Below are positions 1-11,246 of a stretch of DNA of 64,000 nucleotides, piece after piece; position 1 is the stretch's first letter, and each line of letters begins with the position of its first letter. This DNA is from a bacterium (GTDB lineage Bacteria; SAR324; XYD2-FULL-50-16; G965216635): NCBI GenBank assembly GCA_965216635.1, contig OZ244188.1:1280001-1344000 (forward strand), written 5' to 3'. The notes beneath the pieces were generated by a model. That model saw nothing but the letters and a program-made list of their open reading frames with translations. It was not told the origin of the DNA and did no database searches. The translations under genes were made by a program, and so were the position numbers.

Positions 1-1324
1 CTCCAGCGGGTAGAGATAATTTTTTATGTTGCTGATAAATATAACGAATATCTCGCACAGGATTATCAAAATCAAAAAGAATAGCAGCATAGTCTTTTGG
101 GTTGGAAAATTTTTGGTTGGCATCTTGCCAAACAAAAAGAGGCTTATCTTCATTTTCTAAAAAAAACTGCCCTTTTTTAATTTGGTAGTTAAAATCTACT
201 TCAAAAAAATCTTTTTTAGGAATTTTCAAATCCTGCGGTATTCCTACTTTTACATTGCTCGCAGCTGCTAAACGGAGTTTTTTATTGTTTAGAGTAAGAG
301 GTGTATTTTCTACACGGTAGCTCTCCAGTTTTGCCTGATAAAATTTAACTGGGTAAAATTTGACTGGATAAAATTTTACTTGATTGCCGGTCTGCCCGCT
401 AGGCAGACCAGTGGCTGGTTTTTTCTGTTTGTTTTTTTTGTAATCTTCAAAATAGTTCAAAAATTTTCGGGCAAATAGAATTTCATTCACACTATCTTCG
501 GTCAGAGAAACCCGAATCGTATCTCCTAATCCGTCTAAAAGTAGTGGGGCAATACCGACAATACTCTTGCTTCTACCAGCGGTATTATCTCCAGCCTCGG
601 TTACTCCCAAATGCAGAGGTAGAGGTAAATTTTTTGGCAGTCTTTGACAAAACAGGCGGTAAGCCTTCTGGACTACAAGGGGATTAGAAGATTTTAGGGA
701 GACGATTATATTTTCAAAACTTGCCTCTTGAAAAAGAGACACTGCTTCTAGTGCCGATTCTACCATACCTAAAGGAGAATCTCCATAAGCTTGTAGCATT
801 CTGGAAGACAAAGAGCCTTGATTGACACCTATTCTTAAAGCTAAATTTTTTTGTTTCAGTTTTTGAGATAATGGGGCAATTCTTGCGCGAAACCTTTCTT
901 TTCCTTCTTGCATATCAAAAGCAAGTTGTGAGCGAGCCGAAGAATTTTTAGCTCTATCGGAAAAATTACCGGGGTTGATGCGAATTTTTTCAAAAAATTC
1001 GCAAGCATCTAACGCAAGATGAGGAGCAAAATGAATATCTGCTATTAAAGGTACCGCAATACCTTCTTCTTCCATTAAACGGCGAATTTCAGGCATCCCT
1101 TCTAAATCTCTTTTAGCTGGAATTGCCAAACGAATAAGCTGGCAACCGACAGCGATAAGTTGCTTCATTTCTTTAAGACAAGCTTCAGGCTGAAAAGTAT
1201 GAGAGGTAAGCATAGACTGTAGCACTATAGGGTGCTTGCTGCCGACGGCAAGTGAGCCTATTTTTACAGTGGTTGTTTGTCTTCTCTTATATTCAAGAGG
1301 ATAGGAAATTAGAATATTAGACAC
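1..1324 (-). CDS. ispG: 4-hydroxy-3-methylbut-2-en-1-yl diphosphate synthase (long form), runs off the window start
   Basis: Not in the ORF track. Manual translation from GTG at 1324 gives MSNILISYPLEYKRRQTTTVKIGSLAVGSKHPIVLQSML, and later GLGDTIRVSLTED, both typical IspG motifs. Confidence 0.9.
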   Translation of the reverse strand, partial: MSNILISYPLEYKRRQTTTVKIGSLAVGSKHPIVLQSMLTSHTFQPEACLKEMKQLIAVGCQLIRLAIPAKRDLEGMPEIRRLMEEEGIAVPLIADIHFAPHLALDACEFFEKIRINPGNFSDRAKNSSARSQLAFDMQEGKERFRARIAPLSQKLKQKNLALRIGVNQGSLSSRMLQAYGDSPLGMVESALEAVSLFQEASFENIIVSLKSSNPLVVQKAYRLFCQRLPKNLPLPLHLGVTEAGDNTAGRSKSIVGIAPLLLDGLGDTIRVSLTEDSVNEILFARKFLNYFEDYKKNKQKKPATGLPSGQTGNQVKFYPVKFYPVKFYQAKLESYRVENTPLTLNNKKLRLAAASNVKVGIPQDLKIPKKDFFEVDFNYQIKKGQFFLENEDKPLFVWQDANQKFSNPKDYAAILFDFDNPVRDIRYIYQQHKKLSLPAG

Positions 1325-1370
1325 GGTAGGATGTTTTTTTGTTGGTTTTTTTCTATTGGGAGAAGGAGGT

Positions 1371-2507
1371 CTATTGAACGATTTTTCTTCTAAATAGATA
1401 AAAAGCCAAACCTATAGTTATCAAAGGCAAAGTCAAAATCCACCAAGCCGAAATACTTCCTACTAAGGCGGAGGTTTCCAGTTGAGACACTCCTAAATAA
1501 TAAGCAGTATAAATTACCATAAATTTAAGATAGATAAAGCGGCTAGGAAATCTTGGATGAAAAAAACCTAAGAATACCCCCATTAAAGGCAGACTGAGAT
1601 TGTGCAAACTGCGACTAATTAAAATAAGAGAACGAATAAAATAATAACGTCTATCTTCTAAATCACCACTAGCCGATTTTTTGAAAAAACCAGATCTTTG
1701 GATTAATTCCCAAAGAGTAAGTTGAGTATATCCTTTATCTTCTGCTTTTTTCTTTAGAACCCGATTGCTGATATTTTCTAACTGGATGGATTTTCCCAAA
1801 GAAATAGGATAATTCAATTCTTTAAAATGAACGATTTGTTTATCTTTTTCTCCCTTCTGCGGCAAGGTGACAATTCTACCATCCTTCAAAAAAAAAGAAA
1901 TAATATTATTAGAAATAGAGCTTTGAAACTCTCCTTCTGCAGCAGAAATAATACTCCCTTGTAAAGGATCATTGCGATTCATCAATAACAAATTGTAGAG
2001 TTTATCTTCCTCTTTTTTTTTAAAATAGAAAACAAAATCTCCTATGGGATTGAGTTGATTTTCTAAAAATTTAAAATTACCTTGGTGAATAATCTTTGCT
2101 TTCAATTTTTCACTTTGATCAAAAAAAACTGGACGAATCCAAGCTAGGATTAAAAATCCAATAGCAAATAATGCCAATCCAAACCGAAACACTGTTTTAA
2201 AAATAAGATTGGCAGAGATGCCCTGAACTATAATTGCGATTAACTCAAAGTTTTTAGACAACCTGCTTAAAGCTATAATTACTGCTAAAGTGCCACAAAA
2301 ACTAAAAAGACTCTCTAGGTGAAACGGTAGAGAAAAAAATACGAGTTTGAGTAACGAGCCTAGCGATATTTCAAAAAACTTAAAATAGCTCAAAAATCCT
2401 ATGGTTTGATTGATAAGCAAAAAAAATACAAACAAGGATAGGATAAGAGGTAAGGTAAATTCTATTCTAGATAAAATATAACTTTCTAATTTACTAGTTC
2501 TTATCAT
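1371..2507 (-). CDS. LptF/LptG family LPS export permease
   Basis: 3 TM + periplasmic domain + 3 TM layout; SRLSKNFELIAI matches the family 'RL..d.El.a' motif. Confidence 0.75.
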   Translation of the reverse strand: MIRTSKLESYILSRIEFTLPLILSLFVFFLLINQTIGFLSYFKFFEISLGSLLKLVFFSLPFHLESLFSFCGTLAVIIALSRLSKNFELIAIIVQGISANLIFKTVFRFGLALFAIGFLILAWIRPVFFDQSEKLKAKIIHQGNFKFLENQLNPIGDFVFYFKKKEEDKLYNLLLMNRNDPLQGSIISAAEGEFQSSISNNIISFFLKDGRIVTLPQKGEKDKQIVHFKELNYPISLGKSIQLENISNRVLKKKAEDKGYTQLTLWELIQRSGFFKKSASGDLEDRRYYFIRSLILISRSLHNLSLPLMGVFLGFFHPRFPSRFIYLKFMVIYTAYYLGVSQLETSALVGSISAWWILTLPLITIGLAFYLFRRKIVQ

Positions 2508-2513
2508 GTTATG

Positions 2514-3977
2514 CTATAGGGCTGGTTGTTTGAGCCAAACTTGAAATTTACGAATTTTCTTACCGTTCAGAACAGCTTCGACGTCTCCTAGGTATTCCCA
2601 TTTTTGTGGGAAAATTTTTTTTATTTTTTCTACATCATCCAAGGCGTAGTCTCGAATAAAAACTAAAGCTCTAGAATGAGTAATTTGCTCTTTGGAGACC
2701 AATTCTCGTTCTTCTCTTTGAGTCACATAATAATCAGGGTAACCCGAAAGATAAAAAGCTAAAGCACCTCCTGTTTGGTAGTGTTTGGTAATGATATATT
2801 CTGGTAAAGATTTTGCGTTTTCGTGTAATAAGTTTTCTGATTGTAATGCTACCATCCGCCAGCCATTGGCATCATTAAATCTTTCGGCTAATCTTTCAGA
2901 AACAAAAGAAAATTGATATTTTTGAAAGAGCAAGAAAAAAACCATCATCAAAAAGAGAACAAGATGTGATAAACTAATGCAAGCAATGGGGAGAAAAAAT
3001 TTTGACTTTTGAAGTAAATAATAAAAGTAACTTGCAAGAAAAATATAGAGTGAAATATAGGCACCATTGAGCCAGTTAGGATCTGCTAGTTTTCCTTGCA
3101 AGGAACTATAACTGAAAAAGAAAATTGGCACAAGACTATGCACTAATAAAAACCGAAATTTACTCTTTTCAAATAACTCTTTAAAACGACCCCTCAATAA
3201 AAAATACCACACAGGCAAAGACAGAAAAAGAGAATAAAAAAGTAGATGGCTAATTTGTAACTGTAATAAATTATTCCAATTCCATCTTTGCTCAAAGCCT
3301 TTCTCTAAAACAAACCGAAAAGAAACCCAATCTCTTTGATAATTCCAATAAAGGATAGAGCTAAAAGTTAAAATTGCAATCAATCCAGCTCCCCAAAGAT
3401 AAGGATTTCCAAAAAGTGGTCGGTATTTTTTATCCCAAAGTAGCCAGAAAAAAAACGCAATACAAAAAAGCACTATAATATATTTAGACATAGCTCCCAA
3501 GCCTACAAAAACTCCTAATAATAACAACCATTTTTTATTTTGGGTGTTAATATATTTCCCCACTGTCCAGAGACATAAAAACCAAAAAAAATTATACGGC
3601 TGTTCAATAGTCCAAAACTGGCTTAAAACAGAGTAGTAAAAAGTGCTGTGTAAAATAAGTAAAAAAAGTAAAGCCGATTGCCGATTTAAAAATTCTTTTG
3701 CTGCTAGATAAGCAGCAAATAAAACCAGCATAGAACTTAATACCCCTCCTAACTTAATGGCAAGGATATCACTGGGGATAAAAAAACTCATAGCCTTCAT
3801 CCAGTAGACAATCATAGGAGGATTGCTTACATAACCCAGATCAAGATGTTGAGACCACCCCCAGTGATCTAAAGAATCTGGGTGAATATTATTCAATAAA
3901 GATACAGAAAACCAAATAATAAAATAGCTAATAAAAAAAATGATGAGCCAACGATGAGTTTGTAGATTTGAAAACAT
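2514..3977 (-). CDS. ArnT/PMT-like GT-C glycosyltransferase
   Basis: Multi-TM protein with HPDSLDHWGWSQHLDLGYVSNPPM and GLGAMSKY motifs. Confidence 0.8.
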   Translation of the reverse strand: MFSNLQTHRWLIIFFISYFIIWFSVSLLNNIHPDSLDHWGWSQHLDLGYVSNPPMIVYWMKAMSFFIPSDILAIKLGGVLSSMLVLFAAYLAAKEFLNRQSALLFLLILHSTFYYSVLSQFWTIEQPYNFFWFLCLWTVGKYINTQNKKWLLLLGVFVGLGAMSKYIIVLFCIAFFFWLLWDKKYRPLFGNPYLWGAGLIAILTFSSILYWNYQRDWVSFRFVLEKGFEQRWNWNNLLQLQISHLLFYSLFLSLPVWYFLLRGRFKELFEKSKFRFLLVHSLVPIFFFSYSSLQGKLADPNWLNGAYISLYIFLASYFYYLLQKSKFFLPIACISLSHLVLFLMMVFFLLFQKYQFSFVSERLAERFNDANGWRMVALQSENLLHENAKSLPEYIITKHYQTGGALAFYLSGYPDYYVTQREERELVSKEQITHSRALVFIRDYALDDVEKIKKIFPQKWEYLGDVEAVLNGKKIRKFQVWLKQPAL

Positions 3978-4005
3978 TTGATAAAAAAAATAAATACCAA
4001 TACAA

Positions 4006-4174
4006 TAGACTTTTGAATTTGCTTGTCTAGTTTAGCCTATGCAGCGTTGAAAAAATTTTTTAACTCTTGCCATTTGTGAAGAAATGCTCTTCAGTATTCC
4101 TACGAGCTAAAAAATTTTTCGCACCTGTTCTAACCATTTGGCTAGCCGTCACATCAGCGAAATTCAAAGGTCTA
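4006..4174. mobile_element. Modular MITE-like palindromic element, copy 1 (169 bp)
   Basis: TAGACTTTTGAATTT...AAATTCAAAGGTCTA termini; flanking direct repeat TACAA/TACAA. Confidence 0.9.
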
Positions 4175-4192
4175 TACAAGTCTAGATTGATT

Positions 4193-5008
4193 TTAATGCT
4201 TTTGACAAGAAGGACAATAATAGGTACTCCTCTGTCTTTGTTTTATTTTTTGGATGGTGGCATAGCAACGAAAACAAGGAGCATCTTTTTTGCCATAGAC
4301 TTTCAAAAAATTTTGAAATTCCCCCATTTTATTATCTACTCTGCGATAATCCGAAATACTTGTGCCGTTTTTTTCTATGGCAAGCTGCAAAATAGAGACG
4401 ATGCTTTGCAAAATTTTTTTTGCTTCTTTTTTGCTTATTTCGTTGCAAAATTTTAAAGGATTTACTTTACAGTTAAAAAGAATCTCACTTGCATAAATAT
4501 TGCCAATTCCAGCTATTTGGCTTTGATCTAGTAAAAAATCCTTTATAGAAAATTTTTTTTGTTTTAATTTGCAGTAAAGATATTCTTCTGTCCACCCAGA
4601 ATCTAAAGCATCTAAACCTAATTTTTTTTGTTTTGCTATAGAAGTATCTTTTTCTAAGAGTTCCATAGTTCCAAAACAACGAACATCATTATAGACAAGA
4701 CAAGTTTCATCTGGAAATTCAAAAAACACCCTATCGTGAAAAGCAGGCTCTTTTTGTGCGGGATAGATAAATTTTCCACTCATTCTCAAATGCACAACCC
4801 AAAGGTATGGATTTTCTAGCTCAAAAATAATATATTTTCCATAACGAGAAACTTTTTGGATTTTTTTTTGAAGCAAAATTTGAGAAAATTTTTTTTGCGA
4901 AAGTTGTAAAATATTTTTTCTTAAAACCCTTATTTTAGATATTTTTTTACCGCTAATCTTTTTATCTAAACTGCGAACAATAGATTCTACTTCTGGTAAT
5001 TCTGGCAT
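4193..5008 (-). CDS. mutM: Formamidopyrimidine-DNA glycosylase
   Basis: MPELPEVE N-terminus, HLRMSG, GIGNIYASE, C-terminal Zn finger. Confidence 0.97.
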   Translation of the reverse strand: MPELPEVESIVRSLDKKISGKKISKIRVLRKNILQLSQKKFSQILLQKKIQKVSRYGKYIIFELENPYLWVVHLRMSGKFIYPAQKEPAFHDRVFFEFPDETCLVYNDVRCFGTMELLEKDTSIAKQKKLGLDALDSGWTEEYLYCKLKQKKFSIKDFLLDQSQIAGIGNIYASEILFNCKVNPLKFCNEISKKEAKKILQSIVSILQLAIEKNGTSISDYRRVDNKMGEFQNFLKVYGKKDAPCFRCYATIQKIKQRQRSTYYCPSCQKH

Positions 5009-5021
5009 GAGATAAAGAAAA

Positions 5022-5864
5022 TTAAGGTAAAGGAATAGTCTTATTTGTTTTGTGTTTTTTGAGATAATTCTCTAATAGACGGATTAGCAAAGACAAACTA
5101 ATAGTAATTGTTAAATAAAGAAAAGCGACAATATTATAGGTTTCAAAAAAAAGAAAACTAGAAGCAGAATAAACCTTACCCAATTGTGTAATATCCTGTA
5201 CTCCTAGTGCTGAAACTAACGCGGAATCCTTTACCATAGCTACAAAATCATTCCCTAAAGGAGGCAATACATTGCGGAAGGCTTGTGGAAAAATAATTAA
5301 CCTCATCGTCTGTCTGCGAGTTAACCCCAAAGATTGACCTGCCTCGCTTTGCCCTTTTGCAATAGATTCAATTCCAGCTCTAAAGATTTCAGCAATAAAA
5401 GCACTATAACCAATGCTTAAAGCTAAAATGGCTCTCAAGGTAAAGTTAATACTTCTAACACTAAAAGGTGTCAATAATTCCAAACGGACAAAAGGAATAA
5501 TGAACCAGTTGAGTAGACGAACAAGTTCCGGAGCACCAACAAAAGCAATGTAATAAAGCAGCACCAACATAGGAATGCCGCGAATGATTTCTACATAAAA
5601 AGTAGAAATTTGATACAAAAATAGATTTTTAGAAATTCTACAAAAAGAAACCAGTAATCCTACTAGAAAAGCAAAGCTAAAAGATAGAACAGCCACATAA
5701 AGTGTAACTCCTACTCCGCTAAAAATAGCAAAAAAAATCTGCTGGTAATCCCCGTCCTTGGCTACTCCCCAGAGCAATAAAACACAAACCAATAGAATAA
5801 AGAGTAACCAATAGGGGAAAGGAGAAAAATGCAAAAAATCCTTTTTACTTGTTCTTGTAGTCAA
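5022..5864 (-). CDS. Polar amino acid ABC transporter permease
   Basis: [11 protein letters not shown] and [18 protein letters not shown] (EAA loop). Confidence 0.92.
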   Translation of the reverse strand: MTTRTSKKDFLHFSPFPYWLLFILLVCVLLLWGVAKDGDYQQIFFAIFSGVGVTLYVAVLSFSFAFLVGLLVSFCRISKNLFLYQISTFYVEIIRGIPMLVLLYYIAFVGAPELVRLLNWFIIPFVRLELLTPFSVRSINFTLRAILALSIGYSAFIAEIFRAGIESIAKGQSEAGQSLGLTRRQTMRLIIFPQAFRNVLPPLGNDFVAMVKDSALVSALGVQDITQLGKVYSASSFLFFETYNIVAFLYLTITISLSLLIRLLENYLKKHKTNKTIPLP

Positions 5865-6636
5865 AGAACCATTTTTTGTTTAGTTTATCAATAAAGCCAT
5901 CTTTTTTCATAGAAGCCAAAGCTTCATTGAAAAACTTTACTAAATCAGAATTTGGAGGAAAGATAAAACCCAAGTGTTCTGTTCCTAAAGCACCTCCTAT
6001 ATTTTTAAAACTACCGGGATTTGCTCCAATATAACCTTTGCTAGAAATGGCATCCATCAAGGTCATATCTATATCTCCAGCTTTTAAAGCTTGCACAACA
6101 GCACCAAAATTTTCAAATAATTTGATACGTTTATTTTTTTCATTTCCATCCAAGACATTATAAACAGCTACATAAAAATTGGTTGTTCCAGCTTGAGCAC
6201 CAATGAGTAATTTTTTATCAGCTTTAAATTCAGCTGAGTTAGAAAATCTATTTTCATTCTTCCGCACTAGCATAAACTGCTGTGATACAAGGTAAGGAGC
6301 AGAAAAAGCTACTTGTTTTTTTCTTTCCTCTGTAATTGTTATTCCATCCATACCTACATCAAATTGCCCATTGCGAACTGCAGAAATCATAGTGTCCCAG
6401 CTAGTTATTTTCCATTTTACTTTAAGATTCAACCGTCTTGCAATTTCATTTACAGCATCGTATTCCCAGCCAATTCCTTTTCCTGTTTTTGGATCCACAA
6501 AATTCAGTGGAGTGTAAGCATTTTCTGTTACAGCTACAATTTCTCTTCCCTTTAAATTAGGAAGATTAGCATAGATAGAAGCTGTAAAGACGCAAAAAAC
6601 ACTAAAGAAAACAAGAATATTTTTCATATATTTCAT
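5845..6636 (-). CDS. Polar amino acid ABC transporter substrate-binding protein
   Basis: Signal peptide and the family 3 SBP motif [18 protein letters not shown]; start likely 6636 or 6627. Confidence 0.9.
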   Translation of the reverse strand: MKYMKNILVFFSVFCVFTASIYANLPNLKGREIVAVTENAYTPLNFVDPKTGKGIGWEYDAVNEIARRLNLKVKWKITSWDTMISAVRNGQFDVGMDGITITEERKKQVAFSAPYLVSQQFMLVRKNENRFSNSAEFKADKKLLIGAQAGTTNFYVAVYNVLDGNEKNKRIKLFENFGAVVQALKAGDIDMTLMDAISSKGYIGANPGSFKNIGGALGTEHLGFIFPPNSDLVKFFNEALASMKKDGFIDKLNKKWFFDYKNK

Positions 6637-6715
6637 GATTTTTTTAATAAAGTTGTTAAAATAATAAAAACTGAAATTATTACACAATTTTGTCGTACAA
6701 TAATTTCAAACTTGA

Positions 6716-7003
6716 TAGACCTTTGAACTTCGCTGATGTGACGGCTAGCCAAATGGCTAGAACAGGTGCAAAAAAAATTTTTAGCTCGCAGGAATACTCA
6801 AGTATTTCAAGAGTTAAAAATTTTTTTTAATGGCGTAGTGCCACAATAATGGGATCAGGGCACTATAAACCTTGCATTAAGCAAGAATGAACTGTGAAAC
6901 AGCCCTTTGGCTGTTTCACAAATAGTCCATAAAAAGCGTCAAGCAATAAGCTTGTTTTGGCTAAACAGCTAGTTTTGTCCTATTTGGCAAATTCAAAAGT
7001 CTA
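6716..7003. mobile_element. Modular MITE-like element, copy 2 (288 bp)
   Basis: TAGACCTTTGAACTT...AAATTCAAAAGTCTA; flanks CTTGA/TTTGA. Confidence 0.9.
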
Positions 7004-7055
7004 TTTGATTATAAAAAAATAAACAAATTATAGCAACAAAAATTTATAGCATAAA

Positions 7056-8138
7056 ATGAATAGTCTAGATTTAAAAACCTACAACTACAACCTACCTGAA
7101 GAACTAATTGCTCTAAAACCGACACAACCTAGAGACAATGCAAGAATGCTTGTTTTTGATATTTTAAAAAATAAAATAGAACACCACCAAGTAAAAGATT
7201 TACCTCAGTTTTTGCCCAAAAATTCTATTTTAGTTCTCAACGAAAGTAAAGTTTTACCAGCGCGACTTGTTGGACATAGATTTTCAAAAAACAAAAAAAC
7301 GGGAGCTTATCTGGAAATTTTACTGATTCTACAAAAAAAAACAGAAAACATTTGGCAGTGCAAATTGCTCAATTCTAGAAAAGTGCAGCTAGAAGAAATT
7401 TTTGAGCTTTGTGAGGGAAAACTTCAAGCACAGCTAAAACAAAAAAATGAAGACGGGAGTTGTGATTTACAATTTTTTTACGATGGGAATTTTTTTGAGC
7501 TAATCCAAAAGTATGGTTTACCTCCGCTACCTCCTTACATTAGAAAAAGAAGAACCGAAAACTTTCCCAATCTAGAAGATAGAAAAAACTATCAGACTGT
7601 GTTTGCTAAAAATTATGGTTCTATTGCAGCCCCTACCGCTGGACTCCATTTTACAGACAACCTACTTAAAAAAATTGCAGAAAAAATCCCAATAGAAAAA
7701 ATTACTCTCCATGTGGGACTAGGAACTTTTGAGCCTTTACAAAATTGTAATATAGCAAAAAACAAACTGCACAAGGAATTTTACAGCCTCAAAAAAGAAA
7801 CCTTACAAAAAATAAAACAGGCTTTAAAAGAGAGAAAAAAAATCATCACAGTAGGCACTACCACTGTCCGTTGTTTAGAAAGTCTATTTTCTACCCAAGA
7901 AAACCCCGTAAAAACCACACAAAATTTATCCGGACAGACAAATATTTTTATTTATCCACCTTATGAATTTCAAGCAACTAGCGCAATGTTGACTAATTTT
8001 CACCTTCCAGAATCCTCCTTAATGTTACTCATAGCCGCCTTTTGTGGATTAGACAATTTACACCGCCTTTACCAAGAAGCCATTGCAAAAAAATACCGCT
8101 TTTATAGCTATGGAGATTGTATGCTGCTACTCAAATAA
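7056..8138 (+). CDS. queA: S-adenosylmethionine:tRNA ribosyltransferase-isomerase
   Basis: PLPPYI, AAPTAGLHFT, TLHVGLGTF, TNFHLP, YRFYSYGD. Confidence 0.97.
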   Translation: MNSLDLKTYNYNLPEELIALKPTQPRDNARMLVFDILKNKIEHHQVKDLPQFLPKNSILVLNESKVLPARLVGHRFSKNKKTGAYLEILLILQKKTENIWQCKLLNSRKVQLEEIFELCEGKLQAQLKQKNEDGSCDLQFFYDGNFFELIQKYGLPPLPPYIRKRRTENFPNLEDRKNYQTVFAKNYGSIAAPTAGLHFTDNLLKKIAEKIPIEKITLHVGLGTFEPLQNCNIAKNKLHKEFYSLKKETLQKIKQALKERKKIITVGTTTVRCLESLFSTQENPVKTTQNLSGQTNIFIYPPYEFQATSAMLTNFHLPESSLMLLIAAFCGLDNLHRLYQEAIAKKYRFYSYGDCMLLLK

Positions 8139-8324
8139 AATTATCTTTTTAGGTGATATATTCTTTGTTTGAATTTAAAAGAAAAAAAGAATAACCTGAT
8201 AAAAACTCCTAACTACCCAATGTTTGACAGCCTTGTAGACGGTTTTAAACTGGCGAGCAAGAAAAAAAAGAGAAAATTTCGTCTGCTAGTTGTTTCCCAA
8301 ATAGTAATTCAATACCGTTAAACG

Positions 8325-9173
8325 ATGTTGTTCGTAAAAATGAATTTCACAGCTACAGGCACTGCCTATAAATTTTTTACCCATCACACGGCAAAAACTC
8401 CCACTTTAATTTTTATTCACGGTGTTGGTCTCAAAGGAGATGTCTGGCAACCCCAAGTAGAATACTTTTCTAAAGAATATCAGATAATTACCTACGACCT
8501 ACTCGGGCACGGAGAAAGTCCCTTGCCCTCCAAAAAAACAAACGAAAAATTATCGTTAAACGATTATGTAGAACAATTAAGTTCACTTGTGAAACACCTT
8601 CATCTTTCCTCATTTTTTTTTGTAGGACATTCTATGGGAAGCATTATTAGTATGGCTTTTGCTTTAAAATATCCTAATAAAGTAAATGCTTTTATATCCA
8701 TGAATATGGTTTTTAATCGTAGTGCACAAGCAGCAAAAATTGCTTTAGAGAGAGCCAAAAAAATTTTAGATTATGGTCACCAATCCATTATTAAAGAAAC
8801 TTTAAACCGCTGGTTCCCGATTCCAAAAAATACTTGCGATAGACAAAAAATCGCTAAAATAAAAACTTGGCTTGAAAATACACCTCAAAAAGGGTACGCT
8901 GAAACTTATCTTTTATTTGCGAGTTCAGATAAAACTTTTCTTACTCAATTTTCTAAACTGAGTATGCCCGTTTTATATCTAACAGGAGATAAGGACCTCC
9001 ATTCTACTACAGCAATGTCTCGAGAGATGGCTAAACTAACACCGAATGGAAAGAGTATTGCTATTGCAGACGAAGCCCATATGATGGCTTATATTTCAGC
9101 AGATAAAGTAAATCCAATATTGGAGAAGTTTTTCATTGCACCAGGTGGTGATTATTTCGGTGGCGATTGTTGA
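8325..9173 (+). CDS. Alpha/beta hydrolase
   Basis: FIHGVG, YDLLGHGES, GHSMG nucleophile elbow, late catalytic His (AHMM). Confidence 0.9.
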   Translation: MLFVKMNFTATGTAYKFFTHHTAKTPTLIFIHGVGLKGDVWQPQVEYFSKEYQIITYDLLGHGESPLPSKKTNEKLSLNDYVEQLSSLVKHLHLSSFFFVGHSMGSIISMAFALKYPNKVNAFISMNMVFNRSAQAAKIALERAKKILDYGHQSIIKETLNRWFPIPKNTCDRQKIAKIKTWLENTPQKGYAETYLLFASSDKTFLTQFSKLSMPVLYLTGDKDLHSTTAMSREMAKLTPNGKSIAIADEAHMMAYISADKVNPILEKFFIAPGGDYFGGDC

Positions 9174-9232
9174 TTATTGGCATAGAATGCTAATATGAAA
9201 ATTAAACAAAGTCGCTCAATCAGGCAAGCAAG

Positions 9233-10156
9233 ATGAATAAAAATCAAAATTTCAGACAAGCTCTCGGCTCTTTTCCTACAGGTGTCACTGTTGTGACGGC
9301 TATGAATAAGCAAAACAAACCCGTAGGGTTCACTGCAAATTCTTTTACTTCGGTTTCTTTAGATCCTTATTTAATACTTATTTGTATCGGAAAAAATTCA
9401 TCTAATATACAGATTTTTGAGGAAGCAGAATATTTTGCGGTAAGTGTGCTTTCACAAGAGCAGCGTGAAATATCTATAACTTTTGCTAACCCTGTAGAAA
9501 ACAGATTCGCTAAAGTTCATTGGCAAACAAAAACAACAGGCAGTCCAGTAATTAAAGATGCGGTAGCTTGGTTTGACTGTAAAAAAAGTCAATTAGTGGA
9601 TGCTGGAGACCATATTATCCTTATCGGAGAAGTAGTACAATTTGAATCTAACAAAAATGCTCCCTTAGTTTTTTTACGAGGCAATTATGTCAACCCAGAC
9701 CTTGGGCAAAAAGTAATGAAAGCTATAGAAGACAACTCTGCTAAAATTCTTGTGGGAGCATTGATTGAGTGTGACAATCAAATCTTTTTAACCGAACAAG
9801 ACACACAAGGTTTTTTAGAATTTCCAACAACTTCAAAATTTGGATCAGTAGAAGAAAATGGAAGCCTTTTGAATAAGTTAAAACAAATTGGAATTAGTGT
9901 GAAGGATTATTATCTATTTTCGGTTTTTGAAAGCGTAAATGATGGAATCAATTTTATCTATTATCGCATCCATCTTGACAAAAAACCCGAAATTACACAA
10001 GGTAAGTTTTACCCTTTTGAGGAAATACCTTTTGAACGTTTCTTTTACGATTGGAGCAAAACAATGTTAAAACGCTATATTAGTGAACGAAAATCGGATT
10101 CGTTTGGAATTTATGTTGGTAAAGAGAGTGAGGGAAAAATAGCAGAAATAAAATGA
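9233..10156 (+). CDS. Flavin reductase family protein with C-terminal extension
   Basis: FRQALGSFPTGVTVVT, TANSFTSVSLDP, AGDHIILIGEV. Confidence 0.92.
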   Translation: MNKNQNFRQALGSFPTGVTVVTAMNKQNKPVGFTANSFTSVSLDPYLILICIGKNSSNIQIFEEAEYFAVSVLSQEQREISITFANPVENRFAKVHWQTKTTGSPVIKDAVAWFDCKKSQLVDAGDHIILIGEVVQFESNKNAPLVFLRGNYVNPDLGQKVMKAIEDNSAKILVGALIECDNQIFLTEQDTQGFLEFPTTSKFGSVEENGSLLNKLKQIGISVKDYYLFSVFESVNDGINFIYYRIHLDKKPEITQGKFYPFEEIPFERFFYDWSKTMLKRYISERKSDSFGIYVGKESEGKIAEIK

Positions 10157-11208
10157 TGGAATTTTCTATACTTATACACATGGAGCGGATTGACAAAAAC
10201 CAATGCCAAAAACAGCTCTATAATGAATATATTGAACTCTGCCTTTTAGCAGAAAAAGCCGGCTTTAGTACTATATGGACTGGAGAACATCACGGTATGA
10301 ATTTTACCATAGCTCCCAATCCTTTTATCAATTTAGCAGCCCTATCTGGGTGCACAAAATCCATTAAACTAGGAACAGCAACAATTGTAGCCCCCTTTTG
10401 GCACCCCGTAAAATTAGCAGAAGAAACTGCAATGGCAGATATTATTACACAAGGAAGATTGCAACTTGGCATTGCTAGAGGAGCCTACTCTTTTGAATAC
10501 GACAGAGTAGCAGATGGGATTGACCCTTTTAGTGCAGGAGAGGCACTGCGAGAAATCATACCAGCAATAAAATCACTTTGGATTGGTGATTACGAACACA
10601 AAGGCAAACGTTGGGCTTTTCCCAAAACCACTAGCTCACCCAAACCATTCCAAGAACCACACCCGCCTATTTGGGTTGCAGCCAGAGACCAAAACTCCCA
10701 CGACTTTGCAATCTCCAATGGTTGCAATGTGCAAGTCACTCCACTCTGGCAAGGAGACGAAGAAGTAGCTACCTTGATAGAAAAATTTCACAACGCCTGC
10801 AAAGACACCAAAAACAAAGCTCATCTCCAAAAAATCAAACCTAAGATAATGCTACTACGACATACTTTTATAGCTGAGACAGAAACAGAGATAAAACAAG
10901 GAGCCAAAGATATTTCTCGATTTTATTGTTATTTCGGAGCTTGGTTTAAAAACGAAAGGCCCATAAGTCAAGGTTTAATCAAAATGCTCACTGAAGCAGA
11001 AATGTCTAAAATGGAAATTTACTCTCCTGAAAACATGCGAAAAAACAGTATTATAGGCACACCAGAAGAAGCCATCCAAAGACTAAAAATCTGCGAAGAA
11101 TTGGGCTACGATGAATATTGCTGTTGGGTTGATAGTAGTATGGATTTTAAAACCAAAAAAAAATCTCTAGAACTATTCATTGAAAAAGTTATGCCCGCCT
11201 TTGCTTAA
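10153..11208 (+). CDS. Luciferase-like (LLM class) flavin-dependent monooxygenase
   Basis: AEKAGFSTIWTGEHH, HPVKLAEE, GRLQLGIARG, PHPPIWVAA. Confidence 0.92.
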   Translation: MMEFSILIHMERIDKNQCQKQLYNEYIELCLLAEKAGFSTIWTGEHHGMNFTIAPNPFINLAALSGCTKSIKLGTATIVAPFWHPVKLAEETAMADIITQGRLQLGIARGAYSFEYDRVADGIDPFSAGEALREIIPAIKSLWIGDYEHKGKRWAFPKTTSSPKPFQEPHPPIWVAARDQNSHDFAISNGCNVQVTPLWQGDEEVATLIEKFHNACKDTKNKAHLQKIKPKIMLLRHTFIAETETEIKQGAKDISRFYCYFGAWFKNERPISQGLIKMLTEAEMSKMEIYSPENMRKNSIIGTPEEAIQRLKICEELGYDEYCCWVDSSMDFKTKKKSLELFIEKVMPAFA

Positions 11209-11246
11209 AAAATAATGAGACCTTTGAATTAGTGAAAATTAGCCAA

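Noticed and set aside
4067..4456. Short ORFs and 5' ORF extensions running through the elements (also 20230, 37799, 40832, 51489, 51554, 54532)
   Set aside because: They are translations of repeat DNA or antisense shadows with no protein motifs
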